This document shows, one piece after another, positions 23,701 through 37,188 of a stretch of 64,000 nt of DNA. This DNA comes from Felis catus. Lineage: Eukaryota. A model generated the notes under the pieces. The model was given only the letters and a program-made list of their open reading frames with translations. It was not told where the DNA came from and did no database searches. The stretch is from assembly GCF_018350175.1 (NCBI RefSeq), contig NC_058368.1, positions 188,668,001-188,732,000 on the forward strand, read 5' to 3'. The position numbers and the translations under genes are program-made. Each line of letters begins with the position of its first letter. The stretch's first letter is position 1.

Positions 23701-26484
23701 TGAGTCCTAGTTCCCAGTGCCCCAGGCAGGCCAGGGCAGATTATCTCTCCTTCCAGTGCACAGGAAGATTTCAGGGGATGGGTGTTCTGTTTAGGAAAGC
23801 ATTCTTTTTCCATTATCAGTGCCCAGCCTCTTGTGGGACCATGAGTTCCCAGGGCAAGCCTGGCCCCTTGAAACAGTCTGTTCTTCCTAACTCTTCTGCT
23901 GGCTTATTCTGATTTTGTGCTTCGGATTTCTACCTAAGCACGGTTTTCTTCAGGAAAGCATCTCTGGCCCTTGGTCTGAGTTTTGTCCCCTTGTTATGAA
24001 TTCCTATTATATCCCATGCTTTTCCTTCATAGTGCCCAGCACATTGTAACCATGTGCCCAGGACCCGTCCTCCCTTGCTGAGCTAAGAGCTCCTTGAAGG
24101 CAGAGGAGTCACTCAGCTTTCCTCTCTGTTAGTTGTTCCATGTGTGAAATGGGGGGAAAATGTTACTTCTCTCCCAGGGTGGTTGTTAGGATTAAATGTT
24201 GTAATCCCGGTAAATACTTACCATGGTGCCTGACACAGGAATAGCAGCGGTATTAGCAGTAATATTAGTAGAAGCAGAAGTAGTAATAACAGTGACCCGG
24301 TTATCTGCAGCGTCTACCTATGTACCTGGTACATAGTTGTTCAGAGTGAAAGATGATAAAAGAACACTGAAGAGTGTTGCCTACTATAACATTAACATAC
24401 TTTGTTCATTTGAGGTTTGGTGGTTAAGGATGTTTTCATTCATTCTTTTAACACCTGCTATGTGCAAAGCACTGTGGAACACAGAGCCAAAGGACTGGTC
24501 TTGCAATAAGAGAGTTTACAGGTTAGCCTGGGAGATGCAACCTATTAGCAGGAGGCCACACTACAGTGTAGACAGGGTTGTCTGTGATGAGGGGTGAAGC
24601 GAAAGATGGTGGCTGTTCTGAGAAGGGAGGATGTACCTGCAGGTGGGTAGTAGCTGTAGGTATGGGGGGGGGTGAGATAGGACAAGAGTTTTAGAGGGTA
24701 TATGAAGAAGTGTCTGGGTCCGTTTGCTGGTGGTCTGGCAGGATTTCTCTGGGGAGAAGATTGCAGGTGGGTAGGCTGCAGCCTGGAGCTGGGAGAGTGT
24801 CAGGGTAAAAGATAACTAGCTTTGGAAGTCTTTTCCCAAAGGGGGAGCTGAAGTTATGGGCTTAATGGGATTGGAAAGAGTGGGAGAATAGAAAGAGTAG
24901 AGGCCATGGGTACATTCTTGGGGAGTGGTCATATTTAGCAAGGAGGGAGAGTATATTCAAGAATTAGGAAAAAGAACCTTGAGCATACTGGCCATAGCAA
25001 TAAAAGGAGGGTGTTTCCCTCCCCATCCAAGATGGATCCCTATCTTGGATAAGTGCTGGGGAGATCCTGATGGACTTGAAGAAAGAAAAACACCAGAGAG
25101 CCATTGGTGATCTTTGAGAGGAGACATTCAAGTAGGTGCTGAGGCCTGGAAACCAGATTTTATGGGGTTAAGGTGGCAAGGAATGTTGGCGACCCTGGCA
25201 AGGAGAAAGGTGGGCAGTGAAGAAACTAACTCAAGAGTAAAGGAGAATTTTCTTTTAAGAGAGTGGGAAGGCTTGACAATGTTTGTAAACTAAGGGAAAG
25301 AGTGAACTTACCCTTATCGGTATTAATCAGACTATTCATATAATTCATGTATCTCATTCTGTAGCCACCTGGGCAAAACAGGAAAGAAAATCTTATTTTC
25401 TGTTGTAAAGCTTAGAGATTGAAGTGGTGCTTTTCTCCAGTCAAAGGAGTTCTACTTCTAGGAAGAGATTCCATGTCCCTAAGATGAGGATCTGCAGGTC
25501 CCATGACTGGGAAACATGTAAATGTTGCTTGCCCTGATTTATGAAGCTGTGTGTCAGGTCACTAGAGATATGCCACCTGTGTTAGTCTGCTAAGGAAGAG
25601 ACTCATGCGTTTGATTTTCTCTGGCTGTACAAAATTGTCTGAGAGATGCACGATCCTGCTGGGGAAAGGGATGCTGTTTTGAGTCCACAGTGTTTGTAGG
25701 ATACCAGGTGCTGGGTACCCACTCCTGTGACAGACCACATTGCCCTCCTGCCACTTGGGTTGCAGGTTGAGAAGGGATGTGAAATAGTAGGCTCCTTGCT
25801 CTGTGACAAAGTTAATTAGGAAACTTCAAGTCCCCTGATGGATGCACACTTTAGGGGTCAAACGCCAGGTCTGTGGTTGGCACAGTAAGAGCTTAAGAAA
25901 CACTATTTTCAATGGATGAAGATCCATCTGTCACACAGTGATGAGGACATAATTGCACTGAGATTTCTGTCATTAACACAGTAACTTTTCCCTTAAAGTG
26001 CTTTCACGTCTGCTGTTCCATGTAGTGTGGTGTTTCAGCCTGAGTGCTCTTCTGCCTTAAACACAAGTGAATCTGTTCTCCCTTCATCCTGTCCTGTTTG
26101 GTTATTACCTGTCTTATGTGGGGTGGAGGCGGTGCGTCCCTTTCTTGATCTCTCTGAGTTCGGTAGAAGGAACGAGGGGGCAGCTAGGTTTAGACAAGAG
26201 ATGAAAGAGAAGGGCCAGAAAGACCATGGTGGGGAAGAAGGACTGGTTTTTGCTCAGCTTGGCTCTGGGCTCAGAACTAGGAAGCAGCAGGGGGATAGAT
26301 GTCATCTTAGTCTAAAGGAAGACCTTCGTTCCCCAACCTATGGTTGACTTTTCTAGTTTTTTAATAGAAAGTAATATTGCAATACAAAATAGAAGACTGC
26401 AGAAGTATGGAAACAAAATATATCCCCTCCCTCCCTTCCTGCTTCTTATCCTACTCCCTATAGGTTTCTTCTCTGAAGTTTCTC

Positions 26485-26760
26485 TTCATTTATTCAAAAC
26501 ATATTTCCTGAGGGCCTCCTGTGCCCTGGGCTCTATTCTAGTTGCTGGGGTTCTAGGGGTGAACGAAACAGTCTAAGCCCCTGTCCTCATGGAAAGACAG
26601 ACAGTAAAGAAACAGACAAATAAATATGGACTACAACGTGATGAGCGCTAGGGAGAAAAGTGAGACAGGATGAGGGAGCACTCTGGAGCAGTCAGTCAGG
26701 GAAGGGCTTTCTAAAGCAGTGACTTTGCCTAGAGATTTGAGTGAAGCGAGGGTGTGAACT
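26485..26760 (-). mobile_element. L2 fragment (3' end)
   Basis: CATTTATTCAAAACATATTTCCTGAGGGCCTCCTGTGCCCTGGG...CCCTGTCCTCATGGA, the reverse complement of the L2 3' end. Confidence 0.65.
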
Positions 26761-27799
26761 GGCCTTGCCACATTCATCTTCCCCTCCCTTCCCCTCCTCC
26801 TTTCACCCCTTCATTTTTTCTCCTAGAAATAGGACCATACCATATATACTATTCAGCAACTTGGCTTTCTTGATTCACAATTTGATTTAGACTTTTTTCC
26901 TTGAGAGTGTGTAAAAACCCACCTTCATCCTTTTTAATCCTGCACGTAATTCCATATGTACGTGTGTATAAATACACACAGAGATGCATACATATATATG
27001 TATACACACATATATGTGCATATCTGTATATTTTTAAAGCGGAGCTCATCCCGTGGACACTATTTTGTCACCACCCCAGGTACAGAGCAGGGCCCAAGAT
27101 GCCCACTTTGGGAGTGATGACTGTGTGGTGCAGTGACATGACCCCCCCAAAAAGACAGGAAACCTGTTGGGGGACATTCTTCATGCTTTGCATGAAGTTT
27201 TTTTTTATAAGTGTTAAGTGACCTCTGGCCCCTTCATTTTGTTTTCTCTTCTTTCCTTCATTGCCCCCTTTTATTCCTGTTCCATCTTTCCCTGTACACT
27301 TCTGTTCTTCACATCTGCCTTTCCCCCTAGGTCCCTTGGGGCACAGCAGAGAGAAATGGTTCTCATTTATGCCATGCTTCAATTCATCTGGCTGTGCTCA
27401 AGGGCGTTTTTCTTTTAAGGGGATGAAGAAAGACAGTGCTTCAGTCAAAGGACAAGTCTCAGACCTAGTGTGGCTCTTGCTGGGGGGCAGGTGGTTTGAT
27501 GTATGGGGTGGGATGGGAGTCAGTCTTCCTTCCACCTGCCGTGAATGCTTTGAGGGTCAGCTTGGCTTCCTCTGTCACCTTCCTATTTTCTTGGATTGTA
27601 TTTCCCCCAGTACATTACATCATTCTTGAAGTCATTAGATCAATCAATCAATCAATCAATCAATATTCACCTTCTCCCTTCTATTTCAGGCCTTAAGCTA
27701 CTCATTAGGCAAATGAAATTGACAGCTTCTTCCTTTATTAAGCATATGGCTTAGTGGGGGAGTGGGGTGGAAGAAGAAAGATAGTAACAAAAAAAAATA

Positions 27800-28330
27800 C
27801 ACAAATCTATACATAAGTATATTATTTGCATTGTGTTAAATGCCCTGAAAGGAAAGAACCAGGAGAAAACTGAAGGGTGTCAGGGCCAGCCTCTCCAGAG
27901 AAGGAGCGTAGAGGTTGAGCCTCAACAGGCAGTAGAGACTGGCTAACTAGGGAGGGTTGGAGGATGAACAGACCAGGTGGGAAGACCTGCCCAGGTCTGG
28001 ACCTGAGGTCAGACTGAGTGAGGCATATTGGAGAGATTGAAATTGGCCAGTGAAGTTGGAGCTTGGCAAGTCAGAGGAGAGTGACAGAAGGTTGGGAGGT
28101 GGTCTGGCATCATGTCATGCCATAGATCTATTCTAAGTGCTGGGGGAAGCCATTAAAAGGTCTTGGGCAGTGAAGTGACATAGTCCCATTGACACTTTGA
28201 AAGATCACTCTGGCTGTTTTAGGCAGTAAAGAGTGGAGGCAGTGAGGCTAGATGGGAGGCCACTGCAGAAGTCCAAGTGAGAAATGAAAGCGATGTGGAG
28301 GAGAGGTATGGCAGTGAGGAGAGAGAGAAC
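27800..28330 (-). mobile_element. L2 fragment
   Basis: L2-like GGGAAGCCATT..AAGG..GTGACATAGT..TTTGAAAGATCACTCTGGCTG. Confidence 0.6.
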
Positions 28331-28759
28331 CAAGCAAGACATGTAGGTTCTACTTTGAAATTGTCATCATACAAGGTAGACGTGTCCCTGGAGCACGTTT
28401 AGTCTAGACAGGCCTGGCATGAAGGTTCAGCCATTGGGACTTGCGTTGCCCACTCACTGTTTTGAAAAAAAGGAAAATGATGAGGAGAGATAGGCCTTCC
28501 CACCTACTGGTTTTCTCCCTGAGTAAAGGGGATGTGGGTTCTGTGAATAGGTTGGAGACCTGCTGCTTCTGCAGAGCACAGAGAAACTTTGCTCAGGTTT
28601 GGAGAAAGAGGAGGTTGGATAAGGAAGGAGCAGGAGGTGATAATGATACTGCCCTTCATTGAGCCCTTCATTGAGCACTTAGGAGGGCATTGTAAAGCCC
28701 AGCTTTATACCCTGATTGCCCTGAATCTGTGCCTTGGCACTTGAGGTGGGGATCACAGA

Positions 28760-28870
28760 TGTTCCATTTTACAAATGAGAAAACTAAGATTCTCTGGGAG
28801 AGAGTACCTTGCTTAAGATCACATAGGTAGCTCTGTCTGATTCTGGAGCCAGTGTTTTTAACCACCATGC
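28760..28870 (-). mobile_element. MIR fragment
   Basis: CCATTTTACAAATGAGAAAACTAAG..CTTGCTTAAGATCACA, MIR core in reverse. Confidence 0.7.
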
Positions 28871-29381
28871 TCCTCTGGAAAGCCCTTGATATGAAGGTGT
28901 AGGGGATCAGAGTTAAGGGATGATGGGGTTTAGTTTTTAAATTATTATTACTTTTTGGTAAGCATTCCAATCACTGTACTTCTCATTCCCTTGTTTTCTC
29001 ATCTGTTTCTTGGGTATTGGGATATTTGGGCTTTCTATGTCCATAGTACTGGCATAGCAGAACTTAGGCCTAAGGGAAATAGTTCCCTTTGAATCTGGAA
29101 AGGAAAGGCTATAAGGTGGACAGAGTGACTTTTAGCTGGGGCTTTGACAAAGGAGATACAGTTCTTACTATTACTTTCTGAAGATGTGAGAGACAAAGAG
29201 AATTAACACCAAATTTGGAAGCTGATTCTCTTCTCAGAGATAGAGTTACAGCCAGGAAAGACTACCCAACCAACTTTGGTGAAAGACTCTCTATCCAAAA
29301 GTATATTTCTGGGTTCTGAAAATGAAGTTCAATGTTTGGTTGTCTCCAGCAGCTCTCTAAATTTAGGCTCTGTGATTCACT

Positions 29382-29383
<2 letters not shown>

Positions 29384-29420
<37 letters not shown>

Positions 29421-29447
29421 TGTGTGTGTCTGTGTGTGTCTGTGTGT
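29384..29447. repeat. (GT)n microsatellite with interrupted 3' part
   Basis: Direct reading. Confidence 0.93.
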
Positions 29448-30528
29448 TTCCGTGCGCGCATCCATGTCTGTGTAAGAAGGGAGAAAAGTGCATATTTTAT
29501 TTGTGGTGCATGGCAGTGTATAACACCTGGATAACTTCCTTGCCTCCTTGACTGATCAAACATGTGCTTTTATAGTGTGCCCCTGGGTGTGGACTGACCA
29601 GTGCACACATATTTTATTTGCGAACAAGGCTCAGATGGACAGTTTTCCATTGACTGTGGGTAATTTTCAAAAACCTTAATTTTTCACCCCTTACAAGCAT
29701 CCCAGTTTTACAAAAACTGACAGCCTTATCATCACAGCTGGGGTGGGATTTTGATAGTGGGTGCTTTTCTTGCCTATGGCTGCTTTTTTCCTAACCTAAT
29801 TAAGAGCGTCCATTGTCAGGGCTGTGGTAGCCTTTGGATCAACTGTCCATAATGCTTCCAGAAAACGTAAATGGTGGCCAGCACAGGACACAGAAGCCAG
29901 AGAACGTGTGGATCTCCACTTTCTTTTATCTTGCCTTTTCTTTGTCTTCGTTACTATGTTGTACTTTTATTCTCATGAAGATGGTTCAAAAGCAAACAGT
30001 TAGAGCTTTAGGATTTTGGGCAGGCTGGGGTTGAAGGAAACGTCTCTCCTGAAAGAGAAAGGAAAAGAAAAAGGAATCCATTTAATACAAAATGACTGGA
30101 GGGGGAGAAATCACTCATACCTCATTATTGACGCGTTCCACACAATTAGTGTGATCTTGAGGGAAGAACGTTTGAGCCACCCACAACCCTGAATATTCTC
30201 ATTGGGTAGATGTAATAATAATGCATTTCACAGTGAACTCTTCAATACTGCGGGCAGTGATGGGGAGACCCCATCTTAGGGCTGTCAGTCGTGGCTCCAG
30301 CAGAGTCCCTCTTCCTCCCTCCTTCTTTGTTCAGGGAGAGGTTAAGCCTGGCCATTAACCCATAGGTGACCCACATAGAATTTTCTGTCCCAGGGATCCG
30401 TTGATTGCCAGGTATGGCTTTGTGGTAATTCTAGCATTTGCAACCCAGCAATTTGAACCTTCTGTCTGCCTAAATGATGATTTTACATTGTAATGGTTGT
30501 ACTAAATCCTTTCGTTTTTGCTCCATAG

Positions 30529-30597
30529 CCGCTGTTGTGACAAGAAAAGCTGTGGCAACCGAAATGAGACTCCCTCAGATCCAGTGATAATTGACAG
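30529..30597 (+). CDS. EBF1: EBF1 exon 6 ([24 protein letters not shown])
   Basis: Acceptor ttttgctccatAG|C; donor CAG|GTAGGG; 69 nt; contains R163, C164 and C170 of the zinc knuckle. Confidence 0.97.
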
Positions 30598-33500
30598 GTA
30601 GGGACCACTCTACTTTCACTGGATTCTTATTCCTCATTATAATGAAACACCTGCCTTGTGTCGCTCATGGGCAAGGGGTAGGAATGCATGTGGCCGAAAT
30701 TTGCCTGTTGGTCATGACTAAGCTGCGCCGAGCTCTTGCGATTCCTGGGAAAACCATATGGAATGTTCTTTGGAGGCCCGTTTTCTTGGATTGCTTCGGT
30801 TTTGTGTATGATTCATGCTCTTAAAGGAATATTTCTTTCTTTCCTGACTTTCTGTGGCTCAATCCTCATGCTGTGCCAGGAAGCTTCAGAAATAAAATAA
30901 TAATAGTTTGTGATTTATGAAATGTGGTTGGGTGCTTATAAATATTTAACTTTTATTTGAAAAATGTTTGAATCATTATCACTTTTAGCTACAGTAGTTC
31001 TGTTGGACGTAATCCATCTACATTTTAAGGTTTTATTTATGCATAAAAGCAGTTTTAAAGAGATCTGTGAACCAAGACTTTCTACCGTTATCTCCCGCAT
31101 TTGATGGTAGCTCATACTGTATTATAAGTTGATTAATTTATCCTGCTTGTCTTAATTATTGTGTTTTTCAACAGATCCATATTACTAATCTGACATGACC
31201 AAGTAAATCGCTATAGAACAATAAATTTGTTTTAGTTGTTTGGTGCAGTTTGGAGTCAGTGTGTGCACATATTATGCAAAGTCGCATTCCAAATATTCAT
31301 TTTACATTTTAATTATTGGAATTCATTGTATAGAAACATGAGAAACCATGTTTCAATGTATGAGAAACCATTTGTTACATAGCATTACTCATTGAGAGTT
31401 AAATGGCCTGGAAGGTTTATAGATACTGTCAGTTGTCAGTGAGGAAAAGAGCTAGCTAGCATCCTCCAGTAGCTGGGAAAGAGTCTTGCAAATTAGACTG
31501 ACGGATCCCTCATTGAGGAAATGAACAGCTGACCAAAAGTTCCTTTTTGGGTTTGGAAATACTGATTAAAAACAAACAACCCTATCCATCTGTGTTTCCA
31601 ATTCTTTACCTTTTGGGGCTTACTTTCTTGTTTTTCAGTTAACTGAAAAACTGCTTCATCGTAATTTATGTCAAAACATTGATTTATTGATTTTGACTTA
31701 TGTGGTTCCACAAGCTTCAACCCAATTTTGATTGCCAAGTAGCTCTCTAAAGCTTACATTTCAATTAGACATCTTAACTAAGTATATCTCTAATATTCAC
31801 CCAAAGCATACACCTTTGCTTGATAACTGAGTACTAATATACTTGATTCAAAGCGAACACGTGTGAATGTTCACTATGCAGTGAGTTGCGCGTGCTGCCC
31901 GTGGTGTTTGAGTAGCATGTTTATCTGCGAGAGCAGACATGCCAGTCATGTGATTCCTTCTCCTGCAGTGGAAGATAAATCTTCAAATGGAAAAGGTCAA
32001 AAATAAATATAACCTTTATGCTGTTTTGTTTTATTTAAATACATCTCTTCAAAAAACCATTTGTTATTTTGAGCAAGTTTTTCTTATGCTTCTGTTAAAA
32101 AGAAAGTGTTGTGATCAAAGGACCAGCCCAAATATTCCCCAAAACTTGGAAACTGTAAGCATTTTGTTCTGCCGCACAGTTCCTTTTGGTTTAGATGATG
32201 GCAAGAACCGTACCTTGCCACCCGCAATGAAAACATTTTTTTTTTTTTTTTTGCTTGTGAATGGGTTAAGCTTTTAAGTTTTTCATTTGGTTTTAAGCCG
32301 TGACTCTGATATAGAAGGTTGATATGACTGTGGTTTGAATAACATTTGATTTTGACCTGTTCTTGCGGGTTGCGATGGCATAAGAAACTTGACTCAGCAG
32401 CGCTGTAATTAGCCCGGCCCCGTGTTTTTGAAACAGGATTGTGTTACCTGGATTGCATTAGTGTGGCTTCTATTGTTGCCGCCTTGCATCTGTCCCAGTA
32501 GGGTACTTAAAACCTTTTCTTGGCTGGGGTAGTTCAAACAATTTAGGCAAAATAAGTATGCACTTTATACTGTTGGTGGCTTTAGAGATATTGCTCATGA
32601 CATTTATCCTTTTCACTTTTTTTTCTTTTTGGTTTGACAAAGTAGAAAACAGTGTGTAACCAACGTTGGTCCCTTAAGAGAGGAGTATTTTAAAAACGGC
32701 TGAAACCCAGTGTATCTGCAGAAATCTCAACATATGTTTATTTGCTGGCGATTGCCACTGTCTCCCATGAACTGTCTTTTCAAGCAGTGATGCCAGCTGA
32801 TATGCAAAACCCCATTTAGCTATTTTTATTTGCATCTGAGTTTTCAGAATTTATTTGTCCTTGAGTCTGCCAAAGGTTTTAAAAGCTCCAGTCCTGTCTA
32901 TGCTGATAGGTGAAACTTTCATTTTTAACAACGAGAGAAGAAAATAACAACAAGAAAAGAACTTACACAAGGAAGGGCAAAATAGAAAAGATTTTTCAAT
33001 TCCATGATATTGCTGCAAAGGAAAAAAAAATGACGGCAACCGTGTTTGAATTTCATAGTTTCCAATTTGATTCTATATTACCGATTGCATAATATCTGCG
33101 TTACGTGCTTAGGGTTTGATTTGCTTTCAGATTTATGGATGTGAATCCCTGCATATTTTGCAAAAATAGGTTATGGCGCCTGCATTCAGTAGCAACAGTA
33201 ACTGTTTTTACAAGATGCATACAATGTGCAATTATAGAGCTGAAGATACAGGCAATCACTGTGTTAGGATTTAGCATAGTTTTAACACGAAGTCACCTTT
33301 TGGGCACCAATAATTTTTAGCTCCCTTTGCTTGTCCTTCGGATTTTGGAAGAACACTGCTATTTTTATCAGTCAAAAGACTTTTAGCAGTGGTTATTCAG
33401 GAAAACTATTTATAGGATAGATAGAAGAGGTTTTCTGGTCATACGGTAGTGGTGCAGGGTAAGCTATTTCTGTGTTAAATTTTGGCTGTATTATTCGCTG

Positions 33501-36500
33501 CTAGTGACTTGGGGACATCAGCTTGGCATATTTCATCAGAAAAGTGGAATTAACAAAATCAGCAGTTGCATATCGATTTAGAAAATGGGTTTCTACTTCC
33601 TTCTTTTATCATAGCATGCAACCAAGTAAGAAAAATATGACCCAAATTCTTTCTACATTTGTGAAAATCTGTCAAGTCATTTCAGAAAAGTTGAGAGGAC
33701 AATTTCTGTAAATGTAGAAGGTATGCATGTAAAGTTGACTGCTAGGTTGTATTCCTGCCCGATGCCAAATGGCTTGATTAAGAATTATAAAGACCAGGCT
33801 GTGCCCAATGATCCAGATATGCAGGCTGTGTAGACATGGAAAAAGTCAAATGCATTATGTTTAATAACTGATGACCAGGAACTAATAACAGCAAATTTCA
33901 TTATCATTGAGGTAAACGGCTATATGTGGTAATTATTGTTAAAGTAAAAAGTAAAAACTGACTTGCTGTTATTAAATTAAGGTGGAGATTGATTTAACAT
34001 ATTCGCACAGTAACTCATATTTGAATTTAAAAGGTTTGCAATAAAATTCGTGTTTAGAAATTGAATAAATTGTAGTTTTATTACCACATTGCATATCCTT
34101 GTGTCCTAACCTTTTTCCTTGGAGTTATCTTAGTTCAATAAATAAAACCTCATTAGACTATTCCCATTTCAACGAGTTTATTAAATTTTGCAGGAGTAAT
34201 TAGCATAAGCTGTGCTAATTTTTCTGGAAGACTAATGAGGGAGGTTCTTAATTAGGTTTACTTTGTAAGAATCAGAAAAGATGATAATGACAAAAGTCAC
34301 ATAGGGTAGTCTGAATTGGGAACCCAGTTTTTCTGAATCTAAAAAAAAAAATCTTCCATTTTCTATGTGGAAACTTCTTTATAAATACTTGGACTGAATA
34401 TCTGAAGTATGCAGACTGTTATTCCGTATCTACTTAGAATTACCAGCCATTCTTGATTTGCTTCACAAAACTCTTTATTTTCCTATCCTTGACTCACTAA
34501 AGTATCTTTGAGTAATGACATGGATGGATACAGATGGTATTACAAAAACATTTCTTTCTCCAAATTATACTATAGGATTCCTTTCACACAGAGCCCCGAA
34601 GTTTCCGGCCAGATTTGTTTTGCTCATTTCCGGTAGGGCAGAGTAGGGTACAGCTCAATATTTGTTTGTTTGGTTTTTCAATTTAGGATCAGTGTGATTG
34701 ATGAAATAGACTAAGTAAAGGGAGAAAAGAAGTCCTCAATTCTTCGTGTCCTTGTACTGTGGATCCTGAGCAGTTAACAAGTGGAATTTTCTCTTTTAAT
34801 AAATAGAAATAATAAAGGGTGACATCCTCCCTCAAATTATGTTTTCCTGTCTCCTGTGAATTTAGACATAGCCCTTCTGAGATATAATGTGGCTTGAGTA
34901 ACCTGCAAGTTCTGAGTTCTTCACAGCCAGTATTAAAAACATGGATTTTTAAAGCCTGTTGACTAATACAACTCTAAAAATTTTGCATTTGCTTACTATA
35001 ACTTTAACAGATTTGTCTTTCTTTTCCATTTATGAGATCCCTGTATCTGTGTTTGAGATGTAAGCCTTGTGATGCAACATTTTAAAAAATACATGAATTT
35101 TATAACATGAGAAACCTAGCTTGTTTAGAATTACTGCTCTTCAGGCCACACTTACCCGAGGATGTCCCAAAAAGCAATAAAAGCCTGCATCTGTCTTTTC
35201 CAGGATGTCTAAAGATTTTCCACATCTAGATCACTTTCACTTAGGTAACACAAGTTGGGTTTGTGTTATGATTATTGTCTGAAAGAGAATATTCAGGAGT
35301 AAAAATAATAGAATGCTTATTTTACCTGTTAAATTGACATGACATACATCATATGAACAGCTTAATCATGTAAGGGTTTTTCGGAGAAAAAAAATTATTT
35401 AAGATCCATTCTCAACTAAAAGGCACAAATGCTGCGATTCTGTGACTGAACTTTTTAGAAAAGTCCAGTGTTGTCTTATGAACATCTAATATCCTGATTA
35501 AATTGGCCCAATGTATTTATATAAGATAGATGTTCATCTGTATAATAGGAAGACAATGGTTAAAACTTTAGAATTACCATAGAGTAGGGTGGGGCATATA
35601 ATAAAGTCTTCAACTATATGAACATAGCATATACTTTTATTAAAGTTGCAAATGAGGCTTTTTTTGTCAGTTTCATTTCATTGATCTTTCAACTCTTATT
35701 ATTTTGGTCTCTACCCAGTGTTTAGAAGGGCCAACCGCTAAACATAATCACACTGTAAGGTACACAAACCGCTGTCTGGAGTGTGAACAACCAGGGTGCA
35801 AATGCATTTCTTGGAGTTCTGATAAGCCTTTATACCATCTGATTTCCTAACCTTGATTGCTCGGTAAAAATAAAAGAAGGAGGAATTCACCCCTTAAAAT
35901 TGCCTCAGGCAGGATAATTGCTGTCTTCTCGGTTGGATTGAGAGGTTTGCATTTTTCCAAAAGTGAAAAACCAGTGTCGACATTGAGCATGAATTTATGG
36001 TTGTTTATTAACCCTAGTGTATTTAAACATTTGTTTTCTCAGTGGGAATTCCTATGTGATTATTAGCGATGAGGCTTATGTGAGAGAGTATCATTCTAAA
36101 TTTTATCACATATCAGATAATACCATTCTGAATATGAGATGAGCCCTGTACATTTGTGTGCAGTTTACTACCATGATAAGAAAATAACGAATACAATAAG
36201 CTAATAGCAGTCTGTATTCCATTTGCTATCAGCTATTCCCAAATACACAGCCAGGATACATTAAAATGCATTTCAAATATGCTGACAATATATCATAATG
36301 CAAAGTACTTTTACATGGTATAATACTACTGCAGACACTGTATAATGAACAACAGTGGTTTTCCTGTAAAGGAAATAATGGCAGCAACTTCCAAGAAATG
36401 TATTTAACGAAGCTTCAGAGAATCAGCAGTGTATGTGTGACTGGCCCGGGTGTCTGCTCGTGGTGTGGGTTTTTATCCCATGTCATCATAACTTTGCTTT

Positions 36501-37143
36501 TGTAACAGTTTTGGAAAAATACAGAAATGCAGTACAAACTCCCCTGTGTGTCATCTAGCAACTTTGTGTAGTCAGTTTGTGATGAGAATATATCACTATA
36601 TTAAATATGCTTTTGCTTTTCTAAAAGAAGTTACTTAGAATGGGAAAAAAACCCACCCCTCCCCAAGTGCAAACTCTCCATTGATAAATTCCCCTCTCTC
36701 CTCCCTACTGCCAGCACCTGACCAAACTCTCTAACAAAAATTGACCAGATTTTAAAAACTCCATTTAGAGTTTCCTTCATATAAAGAGAAGGTATTTTAG
36801 TCATTTTAATTTGCATGGGGCATTAGCTGAAATAGACTACTAATTTTTCATTCTCTCCTATCCCCTGTCCCATCCTTCCTTTTATAAACCGTGTAACTAT
36901 ATCCTGTCCTGGACAATATAAAAGTGACCTAAATACTCCAATTGCAATCAATGAAATATGGTGAACAGTACAGGTTTGTTTTTGGTTGCTTACTGCCTTT
37001 AAAGGTGTGGGTAGATGAAGATAAATCTCCCTTGAAAACTCTCCAGTTACAAGCCTTTGTCCAGAAGCAAATGAAGGTTTTAACGTTACAGTACTTATTG
37101 TAATAGAATTTTAATTGCCTTAATCCTGCTAAAGTGTGAAGCT

Positions 37144-37145
<2 letters not shown>

Positions 37146-37187
<42 letters not shown>
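37146..37187. repeat. (GT)n microsatellite
   Basis: Direct reading. Confidence 0.95.
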
Positions 37188-37188
<1 letters not shown>

